Shown piece after piece: positions 18,805 through 29,522 of a DNA stretch of 64,000 nucleotides. The DNA comes from a virus (lineage: Duplodnaviria; Caudoviricetes): the IMG/VR virus record IMGVR_UViG_2910822364_000002, positions 1 through 64,000 of that record; one strand, written 5' to 3'. The notes beneath the pieces were generated by a model. The model was not told the origin of the DNA and searched no databases. It saw only the letters and a list, made by a program, of their open reading frames with translations. Both the position numbers and the translations under genes were made by a program. Within the stretch, counting starts at the first letter, position 1; every line of letters begins with the position of its first letter.

Positions 18805-19091
18805 TCCCGGTACGGCTTAACGCAAGGGAAGTCAGGGAACTGAATGAGCAGGTCGAAAGAAGCGGTCTGAGCCGGGAAGAGTTTATGCGTTCGTTGATTT
18901 TAGGAGCACAGGTACATGCGAAACCCTGTGAGCATCACCCAGAATTGCTCCGAAAAATTGCAGGCTTATGCAACAATGCCAATCAGCTCGCCCATGTTGC
19001 CAATGCTTCTGGAATGGCAAGTGAGCAGAGCATTCAGGAAATGCTGCGTCTTACCAAAGAAACATGGCATCTGGTAAAGGAAGAGTGGTAA
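18783..19091 (+). CDS. mobC: Plasmid mobilisation relaxosome protein MobC
   Basis: RHH start (VRLNAREV), IAGLCNNANQLAHVAN; directly upstream of the relaxase. Confidence 0.85.
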   Translation: MRKRNHVIPVRLNAREVRELNEQVERSGLSREEFMRSLILGAQVHAKPCEHHPELLRKIAGLCNNANQLAHVANASGMASEQSIQEMLRLTKETWHLVKEEW

Positions 19092-19097
19092 TGCCGG

Positions 19098-20387
19098 ATG
19101 GCTTATACAAGTGTTATCCCCGTCCACCGCCTGGACCGTTCTATCGAATATGTGAAAGACAAAGAAAAGACCACACAGAAAGCAGACTCTCTGGAGGCTG
19201 CCATCGATTATGCAATGAATCGGACCAAGACAGAACAGGCGGTTTTTGAAGATACCATCGGATGTACCAATGAAAATGCGTATGAAGATATGGTGGCAAC
19301 GAAAAGGAGATTCCATAAGATGGGCGGTGTAGAAGGATATCATCTGGTACAGAGTTTTGCAGAAGGTGAAGTGACACCGGAACTGGCACATCTCATCGGG
19401 CAGGAACTGGCAGACCGGCTCTTAAAAGGACAATTTGAAGTAGTCATAACGACACATCTTAATACCAGACACTATCATAATCATATTGTCTGGAATTCTG
19501 TAAGCATGGTGGATGGACATAAGTACCATAGTAATGCCAAGAGTTATTATACGGAGATCCGCAAGATTTCCGATGACCTGTGCAGAAAATATGGTCTGTC
19601 TATCATTGAATCCAATCAGAAAAAATCAATCCCTTATGTACAGTGGAAAGCAGAACAGGAAGGAAAGCCGACATGGAGAACGGCGATCCGTTTGGATATC
19701 AGGGAATCGGTACAGGAAAGCTACTCCTGGTCACAATTCCTAAAAGAGATGGAAAAGCGGGGATATACATGGAAACTGAACCGGAAATACATCTCTTTAA
19801 AAGCTCCGGGAATGGAACGGTATATCCGTCTGCGTTCTCTTGGAAAAAACTATTCCGAAGAGGAAATACGTGGGCAGATACTACAGCCCAAGGTGAAACG
19901 AGTCTATCAAAAGGCAGTACAGATTCATCCCAAAAAGAAACTGACCGGGATTCAGGCACTGTATTATTCCTATTTATATCAAATGGGGGTACTGCCAAAA
20001 AGACCGAAAAGGAGTCCATACGCTGTCAGAGAGGATATCCGGAAACTGGACCGCAGGATTGAACAGATTGAATTTCTAATGAAACATGACATCATAACCA
20101 GAGAGCAGCTTGCCGCATACCGAGAGCCATTGCAAAAGCAGATTGCGGAACTTATGAAAGAACGCAGAAGATTGTATCGGAATGGGGGCAGGGAGACTGG
20201 GGAAGAACGATTGTCCGAAATCAATGAGGAATTGAAGCGACTCCGTAAGGAAGTTCGTATGACCGTTCAGATTGAGAAACATTCCTTGGAAATCGAAGCG
20301 AAACTTCAGAAAGCAGAAGAACAGAGCCAGAATGAAAAACGTGTGGAAGATAAAGAAAGAATGCAGAAGAGTCAGGAGGTGAGATAA
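19098..20387 (+). CDS. Relaxase (MobA/VirD2 family)
   Basis: GYHLVQSF, motif III THLNTRHYHNHIVWNS. Confidence 0.92.
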   Translation: MAYTSVIPVHRLDRSIEYVKDKEKTTQKADSLEAAIDYAMNRTKTEQAVFEDTIGCTNENAYEDMVATKRRFHKMGGVEGYHLVQSFAEGEVTPELAHLIGQELADRLLKGQFEVVITTHLNTRHYHNHIVWNSVSMVDGHKYHSNAKSYYTEIRKISDDLCRKYGLSIIESNQKKSIPYVQWKAEQEGKPTWRTAIRLDIRESVQESYSWSQFLKEMEKRGYTWKLNRKYISLKAPGMERYIRLRSLGKNYSEEEIRGQILQPKVKRVYQKAVQIHPKKKLTGIQALYYSYLYQMGVLPKRPKRSPYAVREDIRKLDRRIEQIEFLMKHDIITREQLAAYREPLQKQIAELMKERRRLYRNGGRETGEERLSEINEELKRLRKEVRMTVQIEKHSLEIEAKLQKAEEQSQNEKRVEDKERMQKSQEVR

Positions 20388-20389
20388 GT

Positions 20390-21196
20390 ATGAATTATGG
20401 AGCAGAACCGGCTGATCAGGTGGTGCGGTACAGTCTGGAAGGAATGGAATACTCTTTGAAGATTACCGGAAATGTGGCAAAGCACGTGGCAATCTTTATT
20501 GCGGCCGCATTAAAGGATCAGAAAAAGACAAGAGGGAAAACAAGGCTTACCAGAATGTTAAAGGAACAGCGCCCGATGAAATTTTTTACCGTTCCGGGTG
20601 ACCGTTTAAAAGAATTTGCAAAAGAAGCCAAGGCGAGAGGTATCTTATATGTAGTTATCAAAGATAAGGTGAATCCGGACCAGACAGAAGTCATGGTATT
20701 TGCAGATGATGCAGCGAAGATGAACCGGGTATTAGACCGGATGAATTTGGATTTTGTAAAAGCAGAATCAGGCTCTATGGTTACGGAAGCAGTGGAAAAA
20801 GAGAATGCACCGGAAAAGGCAGAAAACCAGATGGAAAAAGAAACCGGGGAGAATGTACGGACAGAGACTGTTGTCCTGCCGGAAGGCAAGATAGAATTTG
20901 AACTGGACGATGCGGAAGAAATGTTCCAGATCGGGGATGAGGCTTTTCCGGAAGGAAATTTTACACAGGCGCAGGAGGGGGAAGAAAAGAATCCATCCGA
21001 ACCTTTCTCGCGCAACAGAAATACTTCTTCCGGTCGGAAAACTAGCTGGGAAGAAAAGAATGAAAAACCATCTGTGCGGAAGGAACTCGGAGATATCCGC
21101 AAGGAACAGGAAGAGAAACGTAAACGTCCGGACAGACGGAAAAATGCCAGAGAGAGCCGGAAGAAACGTAAGAATATGAAAACGAAAGGCAGGTAA
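20390..21196 (+). CDS. PcfB-family protein
   Basis: GAEPADQVVR...KGKTRL, FAKEAKARGILYVVI, DDAAKMNR. Confidence 0.75.
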   Translation: MNYGAEPADQVVRYSLEGMEYSLKITGNVAKHVAIFIAAALKDQKKTRGKTRLTRMLKEQRPMKFFTVPGDRLKEFAKEAKARGILYVVIKDKVNPDQTEVMVFADDAAKMNRVLDRMNLDFVKAESGSMVTEAVEKENAPEKAENQMEKETGENVRTETVVLPEGKIEFELDDAEEMFQIGDEAFPEGNFTQAQEGEEKNPSEPFSRNRNTSSGRKTSWEEKNEKPSVRKELGDIRKEQEEKRKRPDRRKNARESRKKRKNMKTKGR

Positions 21197-22176
21197 TGTA
21201 TATGGATTTAACAGATATGATTTCAGGTGGAACGGAAGAACAGCAGGTTCCAGAACAGAAGTTGACCAAGGAAGAATATGCAGCCAAGAAACAACAGGAA
21301 AGAGAAGAGGTATGGGCTGAAGTAGATTCACAGGCACAGGGAGTTTTTCAGGATGGAGAAAAACTGAAAGGCTTTCTGGATTTTATGGCAGAGTGTAATA
21401 CCCAGAGAACACCGAATCTGCTTTTGATCTATGGACAGCATCCGGATTTTAAGGTGGTAAGGTCTTATGAACGATGGAGAGAAGAACACCGTTCAGTAAA
21501 AGCAGGGGAGCATGGCATTACTTATATGATTTCCACTGAATATGAAAAAGATGGAGAAATGCGGAGAGGGTATACGATCGGAAAAGGATTTGACATTAGC
21601 CAGATGACAGGGAAGCCATTGGAAGAACGCCCTCAGCGAAGTCTGACAGAACTGATAGGAACTGTCTTAAAAGACCAGTCGGTACGTGTGCAGATTGAGG
21701 ATGATCTGCCAGACAAAGTGCAGGCTCAGTACAATCCGAGATACCGTACCATTTATATCCGCAACGGAATGAGTGAAGTAACGACATTCCATGCACTGAA
21801 CAGAGAACTGGCGTGTGTAGCGATGGATCAGCATACCGGAACCTACAGCCGACAGAAAGTCAGCGCACAGGCTTATTGTGCTGCCTATGTGATTGCAAAA
21901 CGTTATGGTGTGGATGTCACCGGATTCAATCTGGAGTATATTGCACAGAGGAATGAATGCGGAAAGAAAGATCCGCAGGAACTGAGAGACTTTTTAAATG
22001 ATGTCCGTCAGGCTTCCTACAGTATCCGAAACCATATCGAACGCAATTTTGGTGCAAAGGAACAGGAGTATGTAACCGATGAGTTCGCAATCGGAGACCC
22101 TGTAAAAACACCGGAAACCAAGGATGAAAAAGCATCTGGAAAAGAGAAAAAAGCAAAGAACCAGCCGGAACGATAA
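21196..22176 (+). CDS. ArdC/LtrC-like ssDNA-binding (antirestriction) protein
   Basis: FLDFMA...NLLLIYGQ.P...SYERW...VKAGE, followed by a peptidase-like domain with AYCAAYVI. Confidence 0.6.
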   Translation: MYMDLTDMISGGTEEQQVPEQKLTKEEYAAKKQQEREEVWAEVDSQAQGVFQDGEKLKGFLDFMAECNTQRTPNLLLIYGQHPDFKVVRSYERWREEHRSVKAGEHGITYMISTEYEKDGEMRRGYTIGKGFDISQMTGKPLEERPQRSLTELIGTVLKDQSVRVQIEDDLPDKVQAQYNPRYRTIYIRNGMSEVTTFHALNRELACVAMDQHTGTYSRQKVSAQAYCAAYVIAKRYGVDVTGFNLEYIAQRNECGKKDPQELRDFLNDVRQASYSIRNHIERNFGAKEQEYVTDEFAIGDPVKTPETKDEKASGKEKKAKNQPER

Positions 22177-22250
22177 AAGTTGGACGGTTGGAGTAGCTAT
22201 TACGGAGGTCTTGTGATATGGTTGGTGTAACAAAAAAGGAGGTCAGCCAG

Positions 22251-22562
22251 ATGACAAAATACTATTTGAAGATGGATAATATTATGAAAAATATGTTCGT
22301 GGTGGCACTGAATGATGAGCTGCAGGCACAGAATGAGCAGGACGAATGTTTGGAAGAAACGAAAGCCCTTCTGAAAAAAGTAAGTGAATACGACCTCGCC
22401 CAGAAACGGCTGCAGATTACAGCCGGGGAGCAAAGGCAGATCCGTAAGGCACTGAACAGACTCAGAAGTAAATATCTTGCAGCCGGAAGATACAGTGATG
22501 GAATAGATAAAGTCATCCTTCAGGTTGCAAAACCGAATACCACCAGACACATGTTCTGGTAG
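22251..22562 (+). CDS. Hypothetical protein
   Basis: RBS AAGGAGG before ATG 22251. Confidence 0.65.
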   Translation: MTKYYLKMDNIMKNMFVVALNDELQAQNEQDECLEETKALLKKVSEYDLAQKRLQITAGEQRQIRKALNRLRSKYLAAGRYSDGIDKVILQVAKPNTTRHMFW

Positions 22563-22578
22563 AGAAAGGAGTGGTTGA

Positions 22579-22857
22579 TTGGTCATTTATTCAAGAGAAA
22601 AAGTGGCACGACTTAGAGAACAGTATCCGGCAGGAACAAGAATCTGTCTGGATTCGATGGACGGAGAAGCGGGTATGCCGCAGGGACTGGAAGGAACTGT
22701 GCAGTATGTGGATGATGCAGGTCAGCTCGGCATCAGTTGGGACAACGGCAGAAGTCTCTCACTGATACCGGGAGTGGATTCCTTTCATAAGAAAGAAGGA
22801 CAGGGACATCCAGAAGAAAAGCCACGAAAGAAAAGAGAATCTGACTTGCAGAGATAA
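22579..22857 (+). CDS. DUF4314-family protein
   Basis: LREQYPAGTRI.L..M...GTVQYVDDAGQL..SWDNG.SL.L. Confidence 0.8.
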   Translation: MVIYSREKVARLREQYPAGTRICLDSMDGEAGMPQGLEGTVQYVDDAGQLGISWDNGRSLSLIPGVDSFHKKEGQGHPEEKPRKKRESDLQR

Positions 22858-22874
22858 GTATAAAAAAGCAGGAC

Positions 22875-24605
22875 TTGGTTCTGTATCTTGTCTTTCTGCC
22901 ATTTGTCTGGTGGGCGGCAGCGATTACCGCTTGTGCCATTGCACCGGATAAGAATTTTATTCAAATCTTAGAAACGCTGAGCGAAAAACTCGAACAGCCG
23001 TTTTTTATCACGTATACACCGTATACGTTCAAATGTATTCTGATATTCACAGCAGCCTATTTCTTAGGCATTGGTATTTATGAATCCCAAAAAAGAAATT
23101 ATAGAAGAGGTGTGGAACATGGTTCCGCAAAATGGGGCAACGTGTCCGAAATCTGCAGACATTACTGCGAAAAACAGTATACGCAAAATTTGCTTTTAAC
23201 ACAGCATTTTCGTATGGGACTGGACGGTTATAAGCACAAACGAAATCTAAATGTGCTGGTAGTCGGAGGTTCAGGAGCAGGAAAGAGCCGGACGTATGCA
23301 ATCCCAAACATCATGCAGTGCAACTGTTCGATGGTAATTACTGATCCCAAGGCAGAACTTTTGCGTAAAACCGGAGGTGTTCTGGAACGGAATGGATATG
23401 AAGTCCGGGTTTTTGATTTGATCAATCCGGAGACTTCCTGGTGTTATAATCCGTTTGCGTATGTCCGGGATGATAAGGATGTACTGAAGCTGATCAATAA
23501 CCTGATCCGCAACACAACACCGAAAGGAGCGCAGAGCTCAGACCCGTTTTGGGAGAAGTCTGAGACTGCACTTTTACAGGCACTTATGCTGTATTTATTG
23601 CATGAAGCTCCACCGGAAGAACAGAACTTCCCGATGATCATGGAAATGCTTGGAAGCGCACAGGTCAAAGAAGATGATGAGGATTACCAGTCCCCATTGG
23701 ACATTTTGTTTGAAAGACTGGAAATGCGGGACCCGGAGAGTATTGCGGTCAAGCAGTATGCCATTTATAAGCAGGCAGCCGGAAAGACTGCAAAGTCTAT
23801 TTTGATCTCGGTTGGTGTCCGTCTGGCAGCTTTTAACCTGAAACAGATCGCCAATCTGACCTGTACAGACGAACTGGACTTATACAGTATCGGGGAGAAA
23901 AAAGTAGCACTGTTTTGCTGTATTCCGGATGCCGACACCAGCATGAATTATCTGGTCGGCATGATTTACAGTAATCTGTTTCAGACACTGTATTATGTGG
24001 CAGACCGAAAGTACGGAGGAAGGCTTCCGATTCCGGTACACTGCATTATGGATGAATGGCCAAACGTAGCCTTGCCGGATGATTTTGACAAGATTCTGGC
24101 AACCATGCGTTCCAGAGGGATTTCCTGCAGTATCATCATCCAGAACATCGCACAGATGAAAGCCTTATTTAAAGACTCGTATGAGAGTCTGATCGGCAAC
24201 TGCGATGAATTTTTATATCTGGGTGGAAATGAAAAAGAAGGACATAAGTATGTCTCGGAATTATTGGGAAAAGAGACATTGGATACCAATACCTACGGAC
24301 AGACAAAAGGGCGTAGCGGCAGCTATTCGGTGAATTATCAGCAGACTGGAAGGGAACTTTTAACACCGGATGAAATACGGCTTTTAGATAACCGCAAAGC
24401 GATTTTGTTTATTCGTGGGGAGCGTCCGATTATGGACGATAAATATGATTTAAAAAAGCATGTGAATTTCAGATACACAGAGGACGGTGGTGCATCGCCT
24501 TATGATTATGCGAAAACACCACTGGCTCACGACGACCTAAAGATTGACATTAACAGATTAGACGACTACGAACTGCTGTCTACCGAGGACATCCTTGGTG
24601 AATAG
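22875..24605 (+). CDS. virD4: Type IV coupling protein VirD4/TraG
   Basis: Walker A GGSGAGKS, DPKAE, Walker B MDEW, N-terminal TM. Confidence 0.93.
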   Translation: MVLYLVFLPFVWWAAAITACAIAPDKNFIQILETLSEKLEQPFFITYTPYTFKCILIFTAAYFLGIGIYESQKRNYRRGVEHGSAKWGNVSEICRHYCEKQYTQNLLLTQHFRMGLDGYKHKRNLNVLVVGGSGAGKSRTYAIPNIMQCNCSMVITDPKAELLRKTGGVLERNGYEVRVFDLINPETSWCYNPFAYVRDDKDVLKLINNLIRNTTPKGAQSSDPFWEKSETALLQALMLYLLHEAPPEEQNFPMIMEMLGSAQVKEDDEDYQSPLDILFERLEMRDPESIAVKQYAIYKQAAGKTAKSILISVGVRLAAFNLKQIANLTCTDELDLYSIGEKKVALFCCIPDADTSMNYLVGMIYSNLFQTLYYVADRKYGGRLPIPVHCIMDEWPNVALPDDFDKILATMRSRGISCSIIIQNIAQMKALFKDSYESLIGNCDEFLYLGGNEKEGHKYVSELLGKETLDTNTYGQTKGRSGSYSVNYQQTGRELLTPDEIRLLDNRKAILFIRGERPIMDDKYDLKKHVNFRYTEDGGASPYDYAKTPLAHDDLKIDINRLDDYELLSTEDILGE

Positions 24606-24635
24606 CAGTTTTTTGATGGATTGGAGTGATGTGTA

Positions 24636-25010
24636 TTGAAGAAATTTCTCACAGGAGAAAAGAATAGAACAAAAAAGAATACAACTGAAAAAATGACAAC
24701 CCCGATGCCGATGGAGAGAAAACAGAAAAAGTGGATGAGCCTTTATATGGCGCTGGTACTGACCGTAACGGTTGGAGCAACGACCGCATTCGCAGCCGGT
24801 GATCCGTTGTCCGTTATCAATAACCTGTCTACTTTTATTTTTTCCCTGATTCGTGCAATCGGTTTGATTTTGCTTGGATTTGGTGTTGTACAGGTTGGCC
24901 TGTCTTTAAAAAGCCATGATCCAAGCCAGAGAGCCAATGGATTCCTGACACTGGCCGGAGGGGTCATCATTACGTTTGCTAAAGAAATCCTGGATCTGAT
25001 TATGGCGTAA
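24636..25010 (+). CDS. Maff2-family/VirB2-like membrane protein
   Basis: Two TM segments; LKSHDPSQRANG. Confidence 0.75.
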   Translation: MKKFLTGEKNRTKKNTTEKMTTPMPMERKQKKWMSLYMALVLTVTVGATTAFAAGDPLSVINNLSTFIFSLIRAIGLILLGFGVVQVGLSLKSHDPSQRANGFLTLAGGVIITFAKEILDLIMA

Positions 25011-25097
25011 GCCTCTTTGGAAAAGTATATCAGGAAACAGCAGGAGTGCCGGAAGGTACTCCTGCATTCAAAAGTATGTTCAGGGAGGTGAAAGTTT

Positions 25098-25940
25098 TTG
25101 AGCGATAACTGGATTGTACAGAATCTAAACTCTGCGTTGTCTACATGGAGTGAAAAGATGGCAGAACTGTGGACTCTGCTTACTGAAAATCCGGCAACTT
25201 TTAAAGGCGGCGGCATCTGGCGGATTATGACCAATATCAATGATGCACTGACAGCCATTGCCTATGGATTACTGGTGTTGTTTTTTGCAGCCGGAATCAT
25301 TAAAACGTGTGGCAGTTTTACAGATCTGAAAAAGCCGGAACATGTATTGAAAGCATTTATCCGGTTTGCACTTGCTCAGGGAGCAATCACGTATGGAATG
25401 GAACTTATGCAGGCATTGTTTTCCATTGTGCAGGGAATCGTGACAACCGTAATGAGCGGCTCCAGTATGGCAGGAAGCGTGACAGAACTGCCAACGGAGA
25501 TTGTAGATAAGATTGAGAGCGTGGGAATGCTGGAATCCATTCCGTTGTGGATTGTTACACTGCTTGGCAGTCTGCTGATCACTGTATTGTCATTTGTAAT
25601 GATCCTGACAGTGTATGGCAGAATGTTCAAAATCTATATGTATACGGCAATCGCCCCGATTCCGATTTCCTCATTTGCAGGAGAACCCACGCAGTCCATT
25701 GGAAAGAACTTTATCCGTTCTTATGTAGGCGTATGTCTGGAAGGGGCAATTATTGCACTGGCATGTATTATCTTTTCTGCTTATGCAGCAAGCCCTCCGG
25801 CTGTCGGAGATACGGAGTTGAGTGCAGTTACAATCGTGTGGAACTATGTCGGAGAACTGGTATTTAATTTACTGGTGCTGGTTGGAGCAATTAAGGCATC
25901 TGACCGTATTGTCAGAGAAATGATGGGACTTGGAGGTTAA
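25098..25940 (+). CDS. VirB6/TrbL-like conjugation membrane protein
   Basis: Multi-TM; YGRMFKIYMYTAIAPIP; GKNFIRSY. Confidence 0.85.
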   Translation: MSDNWIVQNLNSALSTWSEKMAELWTLLTENPATFKGGGIWRIMTNINDALTAIAYGLLVLFFAAGIIKTCGSFTDLKKPEHVLKAFIRFALAQGAITYGMELMQALFSIVQGIVTTVMSGSSMAGSVTELPTEIVDKIESVGMLESIPLWIVTLLGSLLITVLSFVMILTVYGRMFKIYMYTAIAPIPISSFAGEPTQSIGKNFIRSYVGVCLEGAIIALACIIFSAYAASPPAVGDTELSAVTIVWNYVGELVFNLLVLVGAIKASDRIVREMMGLGG

Positions 25941-25944
25941 AAAT

Positions 25945-26376
25945 ATGGATATAAAGAAAACATTAAGATATAACTGGGAATTTGGACGTGAGACAGTAGC
26001 AATACGAGTGAGCTCTTATCGGAACAATGGAAATTTATATGTAGGACTCTGCCATAAGGAAGGGAGAGAATGGGAAGATTTTGGAGATGTAACCATTAAT
26101 CTGCCCTATCAGTTCTTAGAGCCAAATGAGGCTTTTATAACAGGAGATTTTACCAAGGATATGCTTCATTTTATCAAGGAACATAAACTAGGAAAAGTGT
26201 TGAATGAAACAGGAAGATCAGGATATGCAACCTATCAGAAGGTAGCGTTTGATCTAGCAAGACTTGCGGAATTTGATCCGGAAGGCGTTGCAGAACACTG
26301 TAGATTTGCCGGGATAGAAGTACCGAAAGAAAAACCACAGAAAACGAAGAAACAAAGCAGAGGAAAGGAGCGATAA
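25945..26376 (+). CDS. DUF4313-like protein
   Basis: SYRNNGNLYVGL...DVTINL...SGYATY. Confidence 0.7.
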   Translation: MDIKKTLRYNWEFGRETVAIRVSSYRNNGNLYVGLCHKEGREWEDFGDVTINLPYQFLEPNEAFITGDFTKDMLHFIKEHKLGKVLNETGRSGYATYQKVAFDLARLAEFDPEGVAEHCRFAGIEVPKEKPQKTKKQSRGKER

Positions 26377-26379
26377 GTT

Positions 26380-26820
26380 ATGGAAGTCAAGATGAATAAA
26401 GAAATCCGGGACTATCAGGAATCCATGTTTATGGGACTGGACCTGAGACAATGTGTGTGTTCTGTTCTTGCGATTCTTACAGCAATCGGAATTTACTTTG
26501 GAATGCGTGAAATTACCGGACAGGAAATAACCGGATGGCTGTGTGTGCTTGGTGCTACTCCATTTGCTGCCTGTGGCTTTTTCAAATATCATGGTATGAC
26601 AGCCGAACAGTTTTTATGGGCAGTGATCAAATCCGAATTGCTGTATCCGAAGAAACTGGTGTTTCAGTCGGAAGATATCCACTACTCCTGCATGCAGGAG
26701 ACCATCTCGCTGGGAGAAAAGAATCAAAAGGATGGAGCGGAAATCATAAAAGAGCGGGAGCAAAGAGCAGAAGCAAAACAGAGAAAGAAACGCAAGGGAA
26801 GGAGTGATGCCTTTGATTAA
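26380..26820 (+). CDS. PrgI-family protein (VirB3-like)
   Basis: MNKEIRDYQESMFMGL.LRQ; two TM; before virB4. Confidence 0.85.
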   Translation: MEVKMNKEIRDYQESMFMGLDLRQCVCSVLAILTAIGIYFGMREITGQEITGWLCVLGATPFAACGFFKYHGMTAEQFLWAVIKSELLYPKKLVFQSEDIHYSCMQETISLGEKNQKDGAEIIKEREQRAEAKQRKKRKGRSDAFD

Positions 26821-29143
26821 AACCTTAAGTCAGGCACTTCGGATGGATAAGGAACGCTTCAAAGTTCCGAAATCAGTCCAACAGGCAATTCCCATCCAGC
26901 GAATCTGGCCGGATGGAATTTTTCAACAGGGAACGAAATTCTCAAAAACATATCGTTTTACAGATATCAACTATTATATTGCGAGTAAGGACAATAAGAC
27001 AGAAATGTTTCTGGATTATTCCGAACTCTTAAATTCACTGGATTCCGGCATTTCTGCCAAAATTACCATCAATAACCGGAGAATCAATAAAGAAGAATTT
27101 GAAAAATCAATCCTGCTTCCAATGAAGGAAGATGGACTGGACCACTATCGGGAAGAATACAACGAAATGCTCCTGTCTAAGATTACAGGAACAAACAACA
27201 GCATCTATCAGGAACGGTATCTGACTGTCAGTGTACATAAAAGATCGATTGACGATGCAAGAACCTATTTTGCACGTATCGGAACAGACATCGTAACACA
27301 TCTGGCAAAGTTATCGTCCACAGCAGAAGGACTGGACGCAGAGAGCCGGCTCCAGATTTTCAGGGACTTCTTCAAGGGAGATGTCCCACAGGCATTTCCG
27401 TTTGATCTGAAACAATTTGCCAAGAAGGGAACAAGTTTCAAGGACTGGATGTGTCCGGATTCTATGGAATTTGAACGTGACCATTTTAAAATCGGTGACA
27501 GGTACGGAAGAGTCCTGTATATGCAGGATTATGCAAGTTATGTTAAAGATGACATGATTTCAGAACTGTGTGACTTCAGCCGGAATCTGATATTGTCGAT
27601 TGATATCCTGCCAGTCCCTACGGATGAAGCGGTAAGGGAAATCCAGAACCGACTGCTTGGTGTGGAAACCAACGTGACCAACTGGCAGAGAAGGCAGAAC
27701 GCTAATAATAACTTCTCGGCAATCGTACCATACGATATGGAACTTCAGAGAAAAGAAACCAAGGAAATGCTCGATGATCTGACAACCAGAGACCAGCGTA
27801 TGATGTTCGGAATTTTGACAATGGTACATCTGGCAGACAGTAAAAAACAGTTGGATTCCGATACGGAATTATTATTGTCGATAGCAAGAAAGCATCTGTG
27901 CCAGATGGCAACATTAAAGTGGCAGCAAGTGGACGGACTCAATACAGTGCTTCCTTACGGACTGCGAAAGATCAATGCCCTGCGTACATTGACAACGGAA
28001 TCAACGGCTGTTTTAATCCCGTTCCATACACAGGAAATCCTGCAGCCGGGCGGTATCTATTATGGGCAGAATGCAGTCAGCAAGAACCTTCTGGTAGCCG
28101 ACCGGAAGAAACTGATGAATGGAAACAGTTTCCGGTTGGGCGTCAGTGGATCAGGAAAGAGCTTTTCGGCAAAAGAAGAGATTGTGCATCTGGCATTGAG
28201 TACCGATGACGATATCCTGATTCTTGATCCGGAGTCCGAATTCACAAAATTAGTAGAGGCTCTGGGTGGACAGGTTGTAAAAGTATCTGCGACATCAGAC
28301 AATCACCTGAATGCAATGGATATGGACGCAGCCTACGGCAATGAAAAGAATCCACTGATTGAAAAATCGGAGTTTATTCTGTCTGTATTTGAACAGTTGG
28401 TTGGAGCAGGAAACCTGTCAGCAAAAGAAAAGTCAATCCTGGACCGCTGTGCTGCAGATGTGTACCGGGATTATATCCGAAGTGGTTATACCGGAGAAGT
28501 TCCGACATTGAAAGATATGTACCGACAGTTGATGTTACAGCCGGAAGAAGAGGCAAGGGGACTTGCACTGTCATCCGAACTTTTTATCAATGGAAGCCTG
28601 AACACCTTTGCACAGCCGACCAATGTGAATAAGAAGAACAGGATCATGGATTATGATATCCGGGAACTGGGGGAACAGCTTATGCCACTGGGAATGCTGG
28701 TTACCTTAGACAGTATTTTCAACAGGGTAATTCAGAACTGGAAAGAAGGAAAAACGACATGGATATTTGCCGATGAGTTCTATCTGTTATTCCGCTATGA
28801 ATACAGTGCAAATTTCTTCTACCGACTGTACAAGAGAATCAGAAAATACAATGGATTCGTGACAGGTTTAACCCAAAATGTTGAGGAACTTCTGAAATCG
28901 GACACTGCAAGACTGATGTTGGCAAACAGTGAGTTTTTGATTCTTTTGAATCAGGCAAGTACAGACAGGGAAGAATTGGCAGCTCTTTTGAATATTTCCG
29001 AAAACCAACTGTCCTATATTACAAATGTATCGGTTGGCAGTGGCCTAATCCGTTGCTCTGGGAATATCGTACCATTTGAGAATACGTTCCCAAAGAATAC
29101 AGACCTTTATAAACTAATGACAACAAAACCGGGAGAATCATAA
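26804..29143 (+). CDS. virB4: VirB4-like conjugal transfer ATPase
   Basis: Walker A GVSGSGKS, LDPESEF, Walker B FADEF. Confidence 0.93.
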   Translation: MMPLIKTLSQALRMDKERFKVPKSVQQAIPIQRIWPDGIFQQGTKFSKTYRFTDINYYIASKDNKTEMFLDYSELLNSLDSGISAKITINNRRINKEEFEKSILLPMKEDGLDHYREEYNEMLLSKITGTNNSIYQERYLTVSVHKRSIDDARTYFARIGTDIVTHLAKLSSTAEGLDAESRLQIFRDFFKGDVPQAFPFDLKQFAKKGTSFKDWMCPDSMEFERDHFKIGDRYGRVLYMQDYASYVKDDMISELCDFSRNLILSIDILPVPTDEAVREIQNRLLGVETNVTNWQRRQNANNNFSAIVPYDMELQRKETKEMLDDLTTRDQRMMFGILTMVHLADSKKQLDSDTELLLSIARKHLCQMATLKWQQVDGLNTVLPYGLRKINALRTLTTESTAVLIPFHTQEILQPGGIYYGQNAVSKNLLVADRKKLMNGNSFRLGVSGSGKSFSAKEEIVHLALSTDDDILILDPESEFTKLVEALGGQVVKVSATSDNHLNAMDMDAAYGNEKNPLIEKSEFILSVFEQLVGAGNLSAKEKSILDRCAADVYRDYIRSGYTGEVPTLKDMYRQLMLQPEEEARGLALSSELFINGSLNTFAQPTNVNKKNRIMDYDIRELGEQLMPLGMLVTLDSIFNRVIQNWKEGKTTWIFADEFYLLFRYEYSANFFYRLYKRIRKYNGFVTGLTQNVEELLKSDTARLMLANSEFLILLNQASTDREELAALLNISENQLSYITNVSVGSGLIRCSGNIVPFENTFPKNTDLYKLMTTKPGES

Positions 29144-29493
29144 TGAAGAAAAAAGAAGAAGTAACGATAACTTTTTATGCTGCAGAGTGCGGTGAGTTCC
29201 ATGATTTAGGAGAATATACAAAATGCAGAACGCTGGAAGAGGCATATAAAAAGTACCAGAAATATTGTAGAACATCTGCCAATATGTGTCCGGCTATTGA
29301 GTTTTCTATTCATGATCCAGAATCAATTTATTCAGACATGGAATATCCATTACCGTTGTCATCAAAAGACAGGGGAGACTTGGAACTTGTGCCATATTAC
29401 AACGAACATCCACTGGTAAATGAGGCAATCAGACAGGTGGAGCAGTTGCAGAAACAGCAGGAAAAAAAGAAACATCGGGATGTTGCCCGATGA
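29143..29493 (+). CDS. Hypothetical protein
   Basis: TAATG coupling to virB4; FYAAECGEFH motif. Confidence 0.7.
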   Translation: MKKKEEVTITFYAAECGEFHDLGEYTKCRTLEEAYKKYQKYCRTSANMCPAIEFSIHDPESIYSDMEYPLPLSSKDRGDLELVPYYNEHPLVNEAIRQVEQLQKQQEKKKHRDVAR

Positions 29494-29522
29494 GATAAGA
29501 GATACGGAAAGAGGGTGACCGG

